A stretch of 64,000 bases of DNA from Camelus ferus (GCF_009834535.1 NC_045696.1:86616001-86680000); one strand, 5' to 3'; shown: positions 41,112 through 54,054, numbered from the stretch's first letter. Made by a program: numbers and translations. The notes: a model not told the origin generated them from the sequence alone.

Positions 41112-41654
41112 TCTCCTTCTATAATCATTGTGAGTATTAGGTTTTCTAGTGAGAAGGATTTGTAATTTTTAAAATAACAGAAAGATCAAAATAGCTATAA
41201 ATTAGGATGTACTGAAGACAGAGGTGTGAAGACATTGAAAGAGAGAATATATCTGGAAATAATATAATAGTTTATAAGCTTTTAAGAGTTCTCTGTTATA
41301 CAGAATACAAGTCTTCTCCATCTCATCTCTAGGTTCATCCATTTAATTTAATAAACATTGTCACTTAGTTTTCAGAATCCTGCAAAGTGAGTACAATGTT
41401 TGTTTCATCCATTCTGATGTCCTAATGTGGCTTCAGAAGAGCAATGAAGGGCTTTACTGTATGGTCCAAGAAAAGTTGAACAAAAACATCTACTAGAAAA
41501 GTTATATTGATATTTGGAAAAAGGGAAAAATCTTAAAATATTAAAATGTACTTTGCATACTGTTTTCTAACATTGAGTCACAAAATGCTTGCAATAAGAA
41601 CTATTTCTTTTGAGAATTTTGGCCACTTTTAAGTAGGCTGTATATTTCTTACTA

Positions 41655-42333
41655 CTGAGTACGAAGATTCATCAAAAAACTAAAAATAGATTTACCATAT
41701 AATCCAGCAATCCTACTTCTGGGCATATATCCAGAGGGATCCTTAATTCAAAAAGACACCTGCACCCCAATGTTCACTGCAGCACTATTTACAATAGCAA
41801 AGACATGGAAACAACCTAAACGTCCATCAACAGATGACTGGATAAAGAAGTTGTGGTATATTTGTACAATGGAATACTTCTCAGCCATAAAAAATAACAA
41901 AATAATGCCACTTGCAGCAACATGGATGGCCCTGGAGAATGTCACTCTAAGTGAAGTAAGCCAGAAAGAGAAAGAAAAATACCATATGATATCACTCATA
42001 TGTGGACTCTGAAAAAAAAAAGACAAATGAACTTATATATAAAACAGAAACAGACTCAAAGACATAGAAAACAAACTTGTGGTTACCGGGGGTGGGGGTG
42101 GGAAGGGATAAACTGGGAGTTCAAGATTTGCAGATATTGACTGGTATATATAAAATAGATAAATAAGTTTATACTGTATAGCACAGGGAACTATATTTGA
42201 TATCTTGTAGTAGTTTACAGCAAAAAAGAATATGAAAATGAATATATGTATATTTATGTATGACTGAAACATTGTGCTGTACACCAGAAATTGACACAAC
42301 ATTGTAAACTGACTAGACTTCAATTAAAAAAAT
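41655..42333 (+). mobile_element. Relatively young 5'-truncated camelid L1 (ORF2 C-terminus, 3'UTR, polyA)
   Basis: ORF 41770-42012 MFTAALFTIAKTWKQPKRPSTDDWIKKLWYICTMEYFSAIK is the conserved L1 ORF2p C-terminal segment; followed by the camelid-type 3'UTR. Confidence 0.93.
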
Positions 42334-42540
42334 ATATATTCTGCATACAAATCCTTTGCCAGATATATGATTTGTAAATAAATCTTAGCCTATAGCCTAT
42401 CCCTTTTAATTATTTTAACAATGTCTTTCATATTCTAAATTTTTAAAATTGTTATGAAGTCCAATTTATTGTTATTTTTTCTTTTATAGACTGTGCTATT
42501 AGTATCATGTCCAAGAACTTCTTGCCTAACCCCCAGGCTC
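42334..42540 (-). mobile_element. Old L1 ORF2 fragment
   Basis: tatattctgcatacaaatcctttgccagatatatgatttg...tgaagtccaattta...ttgcctaaccc. Confidence 0.7.
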
Positions 42541-42544
42541 AACA

Positions 42545-42865
42545 GCATTATAAATGAAAGAAGCCAGTTTCAAAAGGTTGTCTACTGTATAATTCCACTT
42601 ATATGGCATTCTTAAGATAGAACTATAGTGACAGAGAAAGGATTAATGGTTGCCAGAAGTGGAGAATGGTGTGATTATGAAAGTGTAGCATGAGGAGTTT
42701 TATGGGGTGATGGAACGGTCCTGTATTCTGACTGTGACTGTGGTTAAATGAATCGGTACATGGCTTAGGCTCATGCAACTGCAAGATTCTCCCCAAAACA
42801 ACAGTTCTACGGTATCTTAAATGAAAACACAAAAATAAATGAATAAAAATCAAAATAAAAAAACT
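42545..42865 (+). mobile_element. Old L1 (L1MC/ME-like) 3' end
   Basis: atgaaagaagccagtttcaaaaggtt...actatagtgacagaga...tggttgccag...ggggtgatggaac..tcctgtat, then an A-rich tail. Confidence 0.75.
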
Positions 42866-44479
42866 ACCACAATATATTTTATGGTAGATATTTCTTCAAA
42901 ATATATGAAGAAAAATTATCAAGAAGAAGGCACAGTGGTGGTAAATTAAAGCTAAATTGATTAGGTCACAGACTCACAGAAAGGTACCAATTAAGACAGT
43001 TTTCATTCTCAGAGCTCAACTGCATCTCATATACTAAAAGTTCAGTCATAAATTTATGAAATTTATATACATATGTAGATATGAAAGACTTTGTTATTGC
43101 CTCACATAGTGTAGCGAATAGAAATATTTATAGAGCAGAAGGCAGTACTGGCATTAGAGTTTCTGAATCATTTTCCTTAAAAAACAATAATAAGAACACA
43201 TGTAAGATTATGAATAGGAAAAAAAAGGAATAGGAAAAAAATATGAGCTGAAACATAATCATTCCATATGCTAGTAATTAAGTGGTCAGTACTTATTCTC
43301 TTCATTTATTTCATACTTGGCTAGAATCAAACTTTTTGCTAAGACCTAAGAGAATATTGCTTTATAAAGTGGGTATGTGGGATATATTGCAGCTGGTTCT
43401 TAAGGATTCAGCAACTCATGGATTCTTGGGAGAGGGCATTACACAGTCAACAGTTATTATTTGTTTTTCTAGCTGTGTATTTATCCAATTCAGATAGATT
43501 CTATCATAAACCTAGATTAGACCAAAAATTATTTTTCCTTACTGCCATTTGCAATCTTTGGATTTTTTTCTTTACTTGAGTTTTGTTTTCAACAAATAAT
43601 CAAGTCAGTGAATCTCTGCTGACAAACTCTAAATGTTAATGAACTTATTTGTTAAAAGAGCACGTGAACACCTATCCTTCCATTTTTCCCAACTGCTGCT
43701 AGGCTGTGGCTATAAATAAGAAGATATTTTTACCAAAGATTCAACTAAATTTTTAAGGTTAAGAAGGACACATTCTTAACTACAGCAAAAAAGAGTAGAC
43801 AGAAAAGCTTTCAAGCATAAAATAAATAAAAAGAGTAAAAGTTCTGTGTTGGAAGAATGGGTAAAAAAATATGAACTGTTTTGAATTCATTAGGGGATAA
43901 GCAATGATATAAAAATAGGCATCTAACTAATAAGGAGGGACTTGAAATTAATGGCTCCAAAATGTCTGAGCTACTGAAACTAGTCATACAACTCATTTTT
44001 AATAAGAAAAATGAGAAAAAATTGGGAAATAGTGACAACTTTGCAAAAATTGCTATTGACAAAACACAAGGAGGGGAATACTTGAATATGTGAACATATT
44101 CAAATTAGCAAATTTGGATGACCTGTTTCCAAAGGCACAGAACAAGTTAATTGCATAATGTTACCTGTCTTTCTACTAATCACTGAAAAAACAATAAGAT
44201 GTAAAAATCGTGTCAGAACATCTGTGTATCTATTATAAATATTTCTTTGAACCACATTTTCTCAATTATTTTAGTTCTACTTTTGATACAGTATGTCTTT
44301 CACTGTAATAAGATTTTTTTTCAGACTCCAAAGTACTTGAAATAAAAGGGAAAATATTTTTGTTTTAAAAGAATTGGATGATAAAAGAGAAAAAGACAAA
44401 AATCCAAGAATGGCGGGATTGGGGTTTTTTTTTGTTTGTATGTTTCCCCTCTACTGTAATAGCAAGGATCTACTTTCTA

Positions 44480-44720
44480 GAAGATGATATTTAATCTGAA
44501 ACTTCAAAATGAGAAGGGTCCAGTTATATAAAGTGTTGAAGTAAGATCATTCCAGAAGCGGAAAACAGTGTATCTAAGCCCTAGGGGTGAAAGGCTTTTA
44601 TGTTTAAAAAAAAAAATAGTCTTTTTGGCAGGATTCTAGTGCCTGTGGCTGATGGTAATAAGAAATGAGATAGACAGGGTAGATCATGGACGGTCATAAT
44701 GAGAAGTTTGAATAGAAAAA
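44480..44720 (-). mobile_element. L2 fragment
   Basis: cattccagaagcggaaaacagtgtatctaagccctagggg...gagatagacagggtagatcatg. Confidence 0.55.
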
Positions 44721-45689
44721 TGTTAAGCTAAATATGTAATTTAAATATATAACCACACTAAAGTAAAAATAATTTCAGGTTCTATTTCCACTAAAAGAAA
44801 ACCCATTGACTGAAGAAAGTATATTAACATGGAAGATTGGGTTCTATAAATGAGAAAAAATGATGAAAATAAATTAGTGATAGAATAAAGCCTAAAGGAA
44901 GCAACATATATGAAAAACCTAAATTTCTAATGAGTAACATAAACAGAGTTGCAATGAGAAATTGAATTTCTCCTACAATAATTTTTGCCACAAATTCTAA
45001 TGCACAATCCTCTTTTATGTACTCGACAATTAATCCTTGATTCATAGAAATGCATTTTCTATTTTCTATTTTTAAGTTGGATGAAACTTAATGTTTGTTT
45101 TTAAGGTGGCATTTTAAAAATTTTTATTGTTGTTGTAGTGAATATTTTGAAGAACTGTAAACATGGAGCCAGCAATCAGTACTGGTAGAACTTACTTCAC
45201 TCTGAATCAAAAATATAAATATTTCAGTAGCTCCTATTTGTAGATAATGCTTATTATTCTACTGTTCAGTTTTAGTGTCAAACAGGTTACGTCAGATCTG
45301 GTTTAAAAAGGCTCAAACTTTGCTCCAAAGAATATTATTTATAGAATGTTAACTCTGCAACTTTTATAGATACTCAATACACATAGCCCACTCATGGCTG
45401 TAAAAAAGCTGTAATTTTTTAAAAAATTATGCCGAGTATTTTCATATTGGTCTCTTTACCCTTCTTCTTCTGTTTCTTTCACATAAACACCACTAACAGT
45501 GTTTGAGGAATGGAAGAGATAATAACAAAAGACATAAACAAGGAGCCAGCAGTCTGAGCTCTCATATTAATGCATCTTCCTCTAACAGTTGAGCATGAGA
45601 AAGTCATTGAGCATGAGAAAGTCACTGAGCATCAGAAATTTCACGGATGAAACAAAAAATCGTCATGATCAAGAGAGGCAGCAGGAACC

Positions 45690-45850
45690 CTGAATCTAGA
45701 GAGACACTTTTGTTTGTTTCTAAGTATTAACTCTGCCCGTTAACAACTGGGCAGTTATTTTACTTCCATAAACTATGTTTTCCTCATCAGGAAAACAAGG
45801 ATAAGAATGCATTCAACACAGATTTGATATAATAATGTATGATAAAGTGC
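45690..45850 (+). mobile_element. MIR fragment
   Basis: ctctgccc...ctgggcagttattttactt...tttcctcatcaggaaaacaaggataa. Confidence 0.6.
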
Positions 45851-46090
45851 AACATAACCCTAAAATGTATATGCTTATATAGAAGAGAGTTCATTACTTT
45901 CATTTTAAAATAAATGTGTTCAAATAGCTTACTATTTCTCACACATTGAAATTTTCTTTAAAAAGGGGGCCAACAATAACATTAAAACCCATAGCAAATG
46001 CCTCAATACAAAAACTAAAACCAAACCAAACGGCTGGTGCATTCCCACAAATACACTATAATTAACTGTTTAGTTTCCATTCTTTACTTC

Positions 46091-46708
46091 TATGCCAGTT
46101 ATCAGCTGCCTCTCAGTTCCAAATCCATGCTTCTTTTCCCTGCTTTAGGATACTGGAACTGAGCCCTTTAAATCTTTTTCCTTCGTCAGCTGCCGCAATG
46201 TCAGGTTCTGTCAGTAGAGGGCAGTGGAGGGACACTTCAAAGGAAGGGGCTTTTCCTGTTGCCAGTTCTTTTCTGTTTTTTCCTAAAATGTGCTGCTCAT
46301 GTAATGGTTTCCCAGCAAATCTCACAGGCAGCCCTATGAGTGCTTCCCAGTGAGTTTCATCAGCACTCACCTTGGGGTTTGTTGCCTGTTAACTACAGCA
46401 CCTCCTCAAATTTTCACCATCAAGGAACCAGGGCCCCACCCTCTGCAATATATGCCTGTGTGTGTACATGCGCATGCGTGTGTATAGACAGCTCCTTTTC
46501 TTTCAAGTTTGCTTCTTTCTTTAGTATTCATCAATGCCACGGATAGTGGCTGCTCCCTACTTCTACTATTCCCGTGTTCTTCAGAGTTCTCCAGCCTCTT
46601 GACACTTTTACTACCCCTGTTACTAGTTAGTAATTCTTTATATTAAAATTTCCCTCTTTGGGTTATTGATATGATTTATGACATTTGAACGGACCCCGAC
46701 TGATGTAA
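46091..46708 (+). mobile_element. ERVL solo LTR, LTR41-like
   Basis: tgccagttatcagctgcctctcagttccaaatcc...ctgtcagtagagggcagtggagggacac...tatattaaaatttccct...gaccccgactgat. Confidence 0.75.
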
Positions 46709-49700
46709 CTTTTAACAAGTGAGATTTAAGATATCAAGTGTAATTCAAATTTGGCATTCTGGACCAAGTAACTTGGAAACACATAAAATTTTATAAATCT
46801 CTGATCATGGTTCTTAAAACTGAATGCAACTTCAAACAAATTGAATTTCACTGAATAAAAATGAATTTGATGTTTGTAACAGATTTCAGAAACATTCACA
46901 ATACATTGCAAAACAGCAGTGGAATATAAAATCTTTGAATGAGCTGGAAACACTGAAGAAAACAAGGAAGAGTATACAGAAAGAATAAAAGCTTTGTTAT
47001 AGTCGAAGTCTTAATATAGAAACTTTTAGGTATTTTTTGTTTAATTTTCAGAGGTTACAGAAATAAACTTAGTAAGAAAGTTTCACACATATACACACAC
47101 ATAAGAAGTTTGATCTTATTCATATTTTCTGGTTCTCTACCATACTCTCTAAACCTTTTGACAAACTAATCAGATATCCTTTAAATTGATTTATAATCTT
47201 CCAAATTTGTATTCCACAGTAATTTTCCATGTGTTTCTCATCCTGCACAGAAAACTACTTCCACTTGAATTGTTTCACTGTGCTCACTAAATACTAAACC
47301 AATTTAGTTATTCTTCTTTTATCTCTTATACCACTAACATAAGAAGTTAATAATTAGAATAAACTAATTTTCTGCTTCTAAAATGGAGAAAATTGGCTAA
47401 ATTGCTTTGCTGTGAACATTTGGAAAATACTTAGTATAAATACATATACATAGTGATAACAAATGCCATGACTTAACTTCTTGGCAGCTTCCATTGAACC
47501 TCAGATAAAGTGGCCTGTAGACACTATGCGGTGTTCATGAACATTAGCAATTACAGATGCAAATTTTATTTCCATTTCTAGGTTAGTCTTTTTCTTTAAA
47601 ATCCATTCAATTTTATGCATTTTAACAGTATTTTGATTTAAATATGAATATAAAGATGTAATAATTTGCTCAACCTTGTTTTAGGATTTAAAAATATTCC
47701 AGATGAATTTTATGTGAGCATAATTTCTAAGTTAAAAATTATTTTTTTTCACTAAGAGTAACAGAATGTCTACATGGAGATAAGGAGATAGTTTTATCCG
47801 AAAGTATTTCTCAACATGAAACTGTTCTCTGACAGCTCAATAGGTAGAAATGGTAAAATTTAAAGAATAGGTTTTACTTCTTGATCAGGTTCTGACTCTC
47901 TTGTAAAGACCTGGCATAAATAGCATTCAAAATAAAAAATGTATGTATATATATCGAGTGTATACTGAAATAACTTAATATTCCCCAAGGAGACAGCTTG
48001 TGTTGTTTTTGACTAATAGTAGCCAATGTACAAAAGATTGTATAAAGAACTACAAAAAAACTGAATTTTAAACATTTCAAAAATAGTTTATTCTGAGATA
48101 CAGTGGTATAGTAGATACTGTTTTATAAAATTTATATTAGCATGGAAATGTATTCCTAGCATATAGATAAATTAAAATTATATAAAATTAGCTATTATAT
48201 GATCATATACATTTTTAATAACAGTAGATGCTATATTTTTTATTTTTTAGATTCCACACATAAGTGAGTGAGTGTCTTTCTCTCTCTGACTTATTTCACT
48301 AAGCACAGTATCCATCCACAATGTTTCAAATGGCAGAATTTCATTCTTTTTATGCCAGAGTAATATTCCAGTGTGTATGTGTGTGTGTGTGAGTGTGTGT
48401 GTGTGTGTGTATCACTTCTTCATCCATTCATCTATTGATGGACTATTAGATTGCTTCCGTATCTTAGCTATTGTAAATGGTGATGCTATGGACACTGGGG
48501 TGGTGCATATATCTTTCCAAATTGGTGTTACTTGGGTTTTTTTCAGATATATACCCAAGAGTAGAATTGCTGGGTCCTATGGTAGTTCTATTTTTAGTTT
48601 TTTGAGGAACCTCCATTTTGTTTTCCATGGTGGCTGCACCAATTTACATTCCCACCAACAGTGTATAAAGGTTCCCTTTTCTCCACATCTGGTCAACTTT
48701 TGGTATTTGTAGACTTTTTAATTATAGCCATTCTGAGAGGTGTGAGGTTCTATCTTATTATTTTGATTTGCATTTCAATAATAATTAGTGATGTTGAGCA
48801 TCGTTTACTTTTGCTAGTTAGTCATTTGTATTTCTTCTTTGGAAAATGTCTATTCAGGTCTTCTGCCCATTTTTTAATTAGATTGCTTGTTTTTCTAATA
48901 TTGAGTTATATCAGATGTTTATGTATTTTGGATATTAACCTCTTATTGGTCATATCACTTGCAAACATTTCTCCCACTCAGAAGGGCTTGTTCATTTTCT
49001 TGATGGCTCCCCTTATGCAAAAGCTTTTAAGTTTAATTAGGTCCCTTTGTTTATTTTTGCTTTTATTTCTTTTGTCTTAGGAGACATCCAAAAATATTGC
49101 TACAGTTTATTTCAAAGAGTGTCTGCACAGCCTTTGTCATCTTCAGTTTCTTTGTTTGTCATCTTATAATTTTATGACTATAGGCCTTTAGAGGTTAGCC
49201 TCTTTAGTTGGATTTATTCCTAGGTATTTGATTCTTTTTGATGTGATTTTTTAATGGGATTGCTTTTTGCTTTCACTTTCTGATATTTCATTATTAGTTC
49301 ATAGAATCACAACAGATTTCGGTATATTAATCCTTGTATCTTGCAAACTTGCTGAATTCATTTATTAGTTCTAATATTTCTTTTGTGGTGACTTTAGGGT
49401 TTTCTATATATAGTATCATGTCATCTGCAAATAGTGACAGTTCTACTTTTTCCCTTCCAATCTGGATGCCTTTTACTTCTTCTTGTCTGATTGCTGTGGC
49501 TAGGGCTTCTAATACTATATTAAATAGAAATGGTGAGAGTAAACATCTTTGTCTTGTTCCTGAATTTAGAGAAAGACTTTCAACTTTTCACTGTTTTGCA
49601 TGATGTTAACCGTGGGCTTGTCATAAATAGCTTTATGTTGAGATATATCCCCTCTATACCAACTTTGATGACAGTTTTATCATGAATGAATGTTAAATTT

Positions 49701-49744
49701 TATCAAATGCATTTTCTGCATCTCTTGAGATGATCATGTGATTT

Positions 49745-49873
49745 GGGGGGGTAATTAAATTTATTTATTTATCTATCTATCTATCTACCTGTCTAACAGA
49801 GATACTAGGGATTGAACCCAGGACCTCATGCATGCTAAACACACAATCTACCACTGAGCTATACCCTTCCCCC
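49745..49873 (-). mobile_element. tRNA-derived camelid vic-1-type SINE with 13-bp TSD, nested in L1
   Basis: Reverse complement reads gggggaagggtatagctcagtggtaga...gcatgcatgaggtcctgggttcaatccctagta; perfect TSD gatcatgtgattt at 49732-49744 and 49874-49886. Confidence 0.92.
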
Positions 49874-50556
49874 GATCATGTGATTTTTATCCTTCCTTTC
49901 ATTAATATGGTGTATCAATCACATTGATTGATTTGTCAATATTATACAATTCTTGTAACCCTGGAATAAATCTCATTTGATCATAGTGTATGATCCTTTT
50001 TGTATATTGTTGGAATCAATTTAATATTTTATTAAAAATTTTTTTTAGTTTCAGGTTTCTCTCTTTCAGCATTTTGAATGTATCATGCCACTCCCCTTGA
50101 GCCTGCACATTTCTGCAGAAAAGTCAGCTGATAACCTTATGGGAGTTCCCTTGTATATGATTCTGTTTTTCTCTTAATGAATTTTGACTTCTCTTTATCT
50201 GTAACTTCCAGCATTTTAATTATAGTATGTCTTGGTGTGCGTCTATTTGTGTTCATCTTGTTTGGGACCATTTGTGTTTCTTGTACCTGGGTATCTATTT
50301 TCCTCTTCATGTTTGGGAAATTTTCAGTCATGATTTCATCACATACATTTCAATCCCTTTCTCTTCTCCTTCTGAGACTTCTATAATGCAAATGTTGGTA
50401 CTCTTAACATTATCCCAGAGATTTCCTAAACTGCTCTCATTTTTAAAATTTCTTTTAACCGTTCTGTTTGGGTGATTTCCATTTTTCTATCTTCCAGATC
50501 ACTTATGAATTCTTCTGAGTTACTTAGCCTGCTATTTATTCCTTCTAGTGTGTTCT

Positions 50557-50650
50557 TTTTTTTAATTTAATGTTTTAAAATGAAGTATAGTTGATTTACA
50601 ATATTGTGTTAGTTTCTGGTGTACAGCACAGTGATTCAGTTAGTTTTTTT
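50557..50650 (-). mobile_element. Short cetartiodactyl-type L1 3' tail nested in L1 ORF1
   Basis: tgaagtatagttgatttacaatattgtgttagtttctggtgtacagcacagtgattcagtt; degenerate TSD ttctagtgtg (50543) and ttctaatgtg (50651). Confidence 0.8.
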
Positions 50651-52865
50651 TTCTAATGTGGTTTTTAATTTCAGTTATTAAATTCTTCATTTCTGATTGC
50701 ATCTTTTTCTATATTTTCTAATTCCTTGTTAAAATTCTGTGTTCAATTACTCTTTTCTTTAATTCAGTTAGCATTCTTAGTACTAGTGCTTTGAATTCTT
50801 TAACTGTTAAAAGTTGTTTATTTCAGTTTTATGATTTTTTTTTCAGGGATTTCCTCCTGCTCTTTCAGTTGAGACTAGTTCCTCTGTCTTTTCATTTTGC
50901 TTAACTTTCTCTATCTCTATGAATTTATGTGAAATAGTTACTTATTGATGTCTTCAAGGTGTCCTTATGAGGGAGCATCCCTATACAGACTGCTTATACC
51001 CAGTGTCTTTGGTTGGAGAGCTAGATTTGGCATGGACACAGTCACATCTTTCTTCAGGGTTTACTGGTAGCTCTTACCTGGGTAACAGGTGGGGCTGGAG
51101 ATAAAGGGGCTAGGGCTCGAGCTGGGTGTGGTGAGGCTTCCCCTCTGCTCAGTGGCCATCACCACCCTATTGGAGGGGAGGTCAGATCCCAAGTTGCTGG
51201 GACAGAAGCCATGAGTGTCAGGCTTGAGCTGGCTCTGTGCCCTGTTTGTGTACTTTGCCCTCCCCCAGCAGGGGAGCAGTGCTGAAGCAAGTGAGGCATG
51301 TGTAAGCTCTTAGCTCATGGTGGAGCATGGGCTCTGGTGGGTCAGCCATGGACAGGGCTGAGCTGCCCCTATGTACCACCTGTGCATGCACCAGCAATTG
51401 TTGCCCATACCCTGCTCTGATGAAGCCTCTTAGCCTCTTTTACCCTCACAGCCTACAACTCCCCCCAGCCTCTGACATACCTGCCTGCTGTGGATCCATA
51501 TTGCAGGGCAGTTGGGGCCTGAATGGGCTCTCAGTCTGTCTCAGAGCATGGGCTGTGGTAGATTGGCCACCATCAGAGTTCCAGGCTGTATCTGATGTGC
51601 TACCTGAGTATGTGCCAATAATATTCATCCCCTCCCCACCCAGAGAACTCTCTACATCTGAGTCATCTCTGCATCTCACAGCCAAGATGGTTACAGCCAG
51701 GTAATATATTTTCTACCTAAAAGCATGGGATTTTAAAACATATTCATAGAATTTTAAAGGAATCTATTGTGTATATACATAGATATATATAATATATCTT
51801 AAATTAAACATTTGTCCAGATTTTAAGGGAGAAACCAAGGAGATGGGAAGAACCAGAAGAAAGCAAAGTCTAAGGCAAAAGGAAACAGGAATGCCAAGGG
51901 GGGAGAAGGAAATGTCAGTCTTACAAATCAATATTAGAATGAGAGACATAACTCTGTAAAAGATAAGGGATCAATATAAAAATATGCTTCTGCTCCTTGA
52001 GAACTTTTGATTTTTTAATGGCCAGCTGATGTGGAAGTTGAAAAGGCTAAAAGATATGTATGAAGGGCACAAATAGGGATTTTTCAACATTGATCTATAG
52101 TTTTCTTCCAGTATTGATTTTCATTTCTGAATTTCTCATTATAAGTGCACAATGGGTCCAAGATTATTCCACAGCAGCTGGCACTGAAAAGTGAGATGAT
52201 ATGAAATGTGCAATGAATGAAAGATGGGAATATCTGAGCTAGATGTGGAGATACATGTAGGTTTTTTTAGACAGAGCCTAAGCCTATATGCCCTATAAGT
52301 AAATCATGTAGGTAAGAACTTGGTGAAAATTAGAGGTTTCTAAGTTATAACTGCTTTGATCCATCTAGAAGTTCTTATTTACTCTAGGATACAGGTTGTG
52401 AAATCATGATCTGTCTGACAAAAATGAGAAAGAATAGAAAAGCTTAATTGCTCTAGAAATCAAGAATGTCCCATAGCCATGAGGACAGAAGCAGGAAGTT
52501 TAAGACTGAGGTCTGGGTTGGATTTAAATACTACATGGAGAAAATTCACCTGGAGTAAGTAATTTTATTTTAAATAATCCTAGGGGAGAGATTAAAATGT
52601 ATACATATATTATATATATATAACATATATATATAAAATACATATATATATATTTTACAAAAAGGTGAATCAAGAAATACTGAAAATAAAATGAATAGAT
52701 TTACACTACATATGCTGTTAGTAAGGCTACTATTGAATCAAAATACTAGATACTAAGACTCCCTTATGATTATTTTAAAGCAATATTTCATTTAATCTTC
52801 ATACAGTCTGATGATCTTGTTATCTCCAACACAGATATTTAAATTAAGCTATAAGGACTGTATAC

Positions 52866-52874
<9 letters not shown>

Positions 52875-52904
<30 letters not shown>
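52875..52904. repeat. (AAT)n microsatellite
   Basis: Direct reading. Confidence 0.9.
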
Positions 52905-52906
<2 letters not shown>

Positions 52907-53244
52907 AGGAGAATTAGAAAAAATGTTTGACAAAATAATATAATCCTATTTATCCCAGCTCTAAGGATCTGTGTCTTTGAGTCAGAAAGATATTTATGAC
53001 CACATAGGACAGTCAGCCATCATCTAACAGAACAGGACCTCTGCCACCCTGCTTTCCTCCATCTATGATCTTTCTCTTTTGCCCCATGTGTTAAGGGAGG
53101 AAGCCCTTTCTATTTCCACATACTCCGGAGACATATATTGAGTAAGCAGATGATGAAGGCTCACTCCTCTTTCGGTCAGTGAGTTTTAAACACAGCTGAA
53201 GGGTAAAGTAAGAGCACAAGCTGTATGTTTTATGTATAATATAT

Positions 53245-53420
53245 ATTATCATTTAATCTTCAAGGAAATTCTAAGGATATTGCCTGTATTCTACAACTAA
53301 GGAAACTGAGTCTTAGGGAAATTATATAATTGCCTAAAATAACCAAAGCATTAAACTGGAGAGTCAGTTCTAGAATTTGAGACTCTCTAACTCCAAAGTC
53401 ACAGTATTTTTACTATACTA
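53245..53420 (-). mobile_element. MIR fragment
   Basis: catttaatcttcaa...aaggaaactgagtcttagggaa...ttgcctaa...ctaactccaaagtc. Confidence 0.7.
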
Positions 53421-54009
53421 TGATCTACATTCAGCAAGGAGTTAATTGAAATAAGAGCTAAAAATGTGGAATTAATTGTAAAGCAAACTTTGTTGTCACT
53501 GGTGGTAATCATTTGGCTTGATCTATTTTTCCAATATTCTCTTACAGTTGAACAATATTTTAACTTTACTAGAATCCCAGTTCTAGAAAATATTTGAGAA
53601 TAATAAGCTGGAAACTACTACTTATAATGACATAATACATTAATATTTATAGATTTTTCCCCATAACTCATCACCAGTGCTGTTTAATGAACAATAGAGA
53701 AATTGGATGGGTGCATCCAAAATTCAAATGATATCCATTTTTCTACAGTGGGATCTCTCAAGAACTCCAAGTCGCTGTAACTATATATCATTACTGTATA
53801 TCAGGCAAAGAAGTTCCAAATTAGCACAGCCAATGCATCACAAATGTGCCTTCAGGTCACCTTCCGCTGCCATGATAGCAGTATGAATCAGGATGAGGCT
53901 GCCACACAAGGAAAATGCTTGGAAAAAATGTTTTATTCTCAGAATTAGTGTTCTTGGTCATAGCACACAAAGTCTTGCTAATAAAGCCCCTTCTAGACTT
54001 TCACTCTGT

Positions 54010-54012
<3 letters not shown>

Positions 54013-54054
<42 letters not shown>
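54013..54054. repeat. (GT)n microsatellite
   Basis: Direct reading. Confidence 0.95.

Larger units (their letters stand above)
48240..51700 (-). mobile_element. Internally deleted L1 (5'UTR, partial ORF1, partial ORF2)
   Basis: Minus-strand ORF 50137-50331 MTENFPNMKRKIDTQVQETQMVPNKMNTNRRTPRHTIIKM is L1 ORF1p-like; antisense ORF2 at 48240-50040; GC-richer 5'UTR at ~50950-51700. Confidence 0.85.

Noticed and set aside
41770..42012. 80-aa ORF with clear protein similarity
   Set aside because: C-terminus of L1 ORF2p in a 5'-truncated copy, not a host gene
48371..49603. Several 89-139-aa hydrophobic ORFs on the + strand
   Set aside because: Antisense read-through of T-rich L1 ORF2 sequence
51327..51704. 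GC-richer region with overlapping ORFs, possible promoter or exon
   Set aside because: Contiguous with the L1 5'UTR and almost devoid of CpG; not a CpG island
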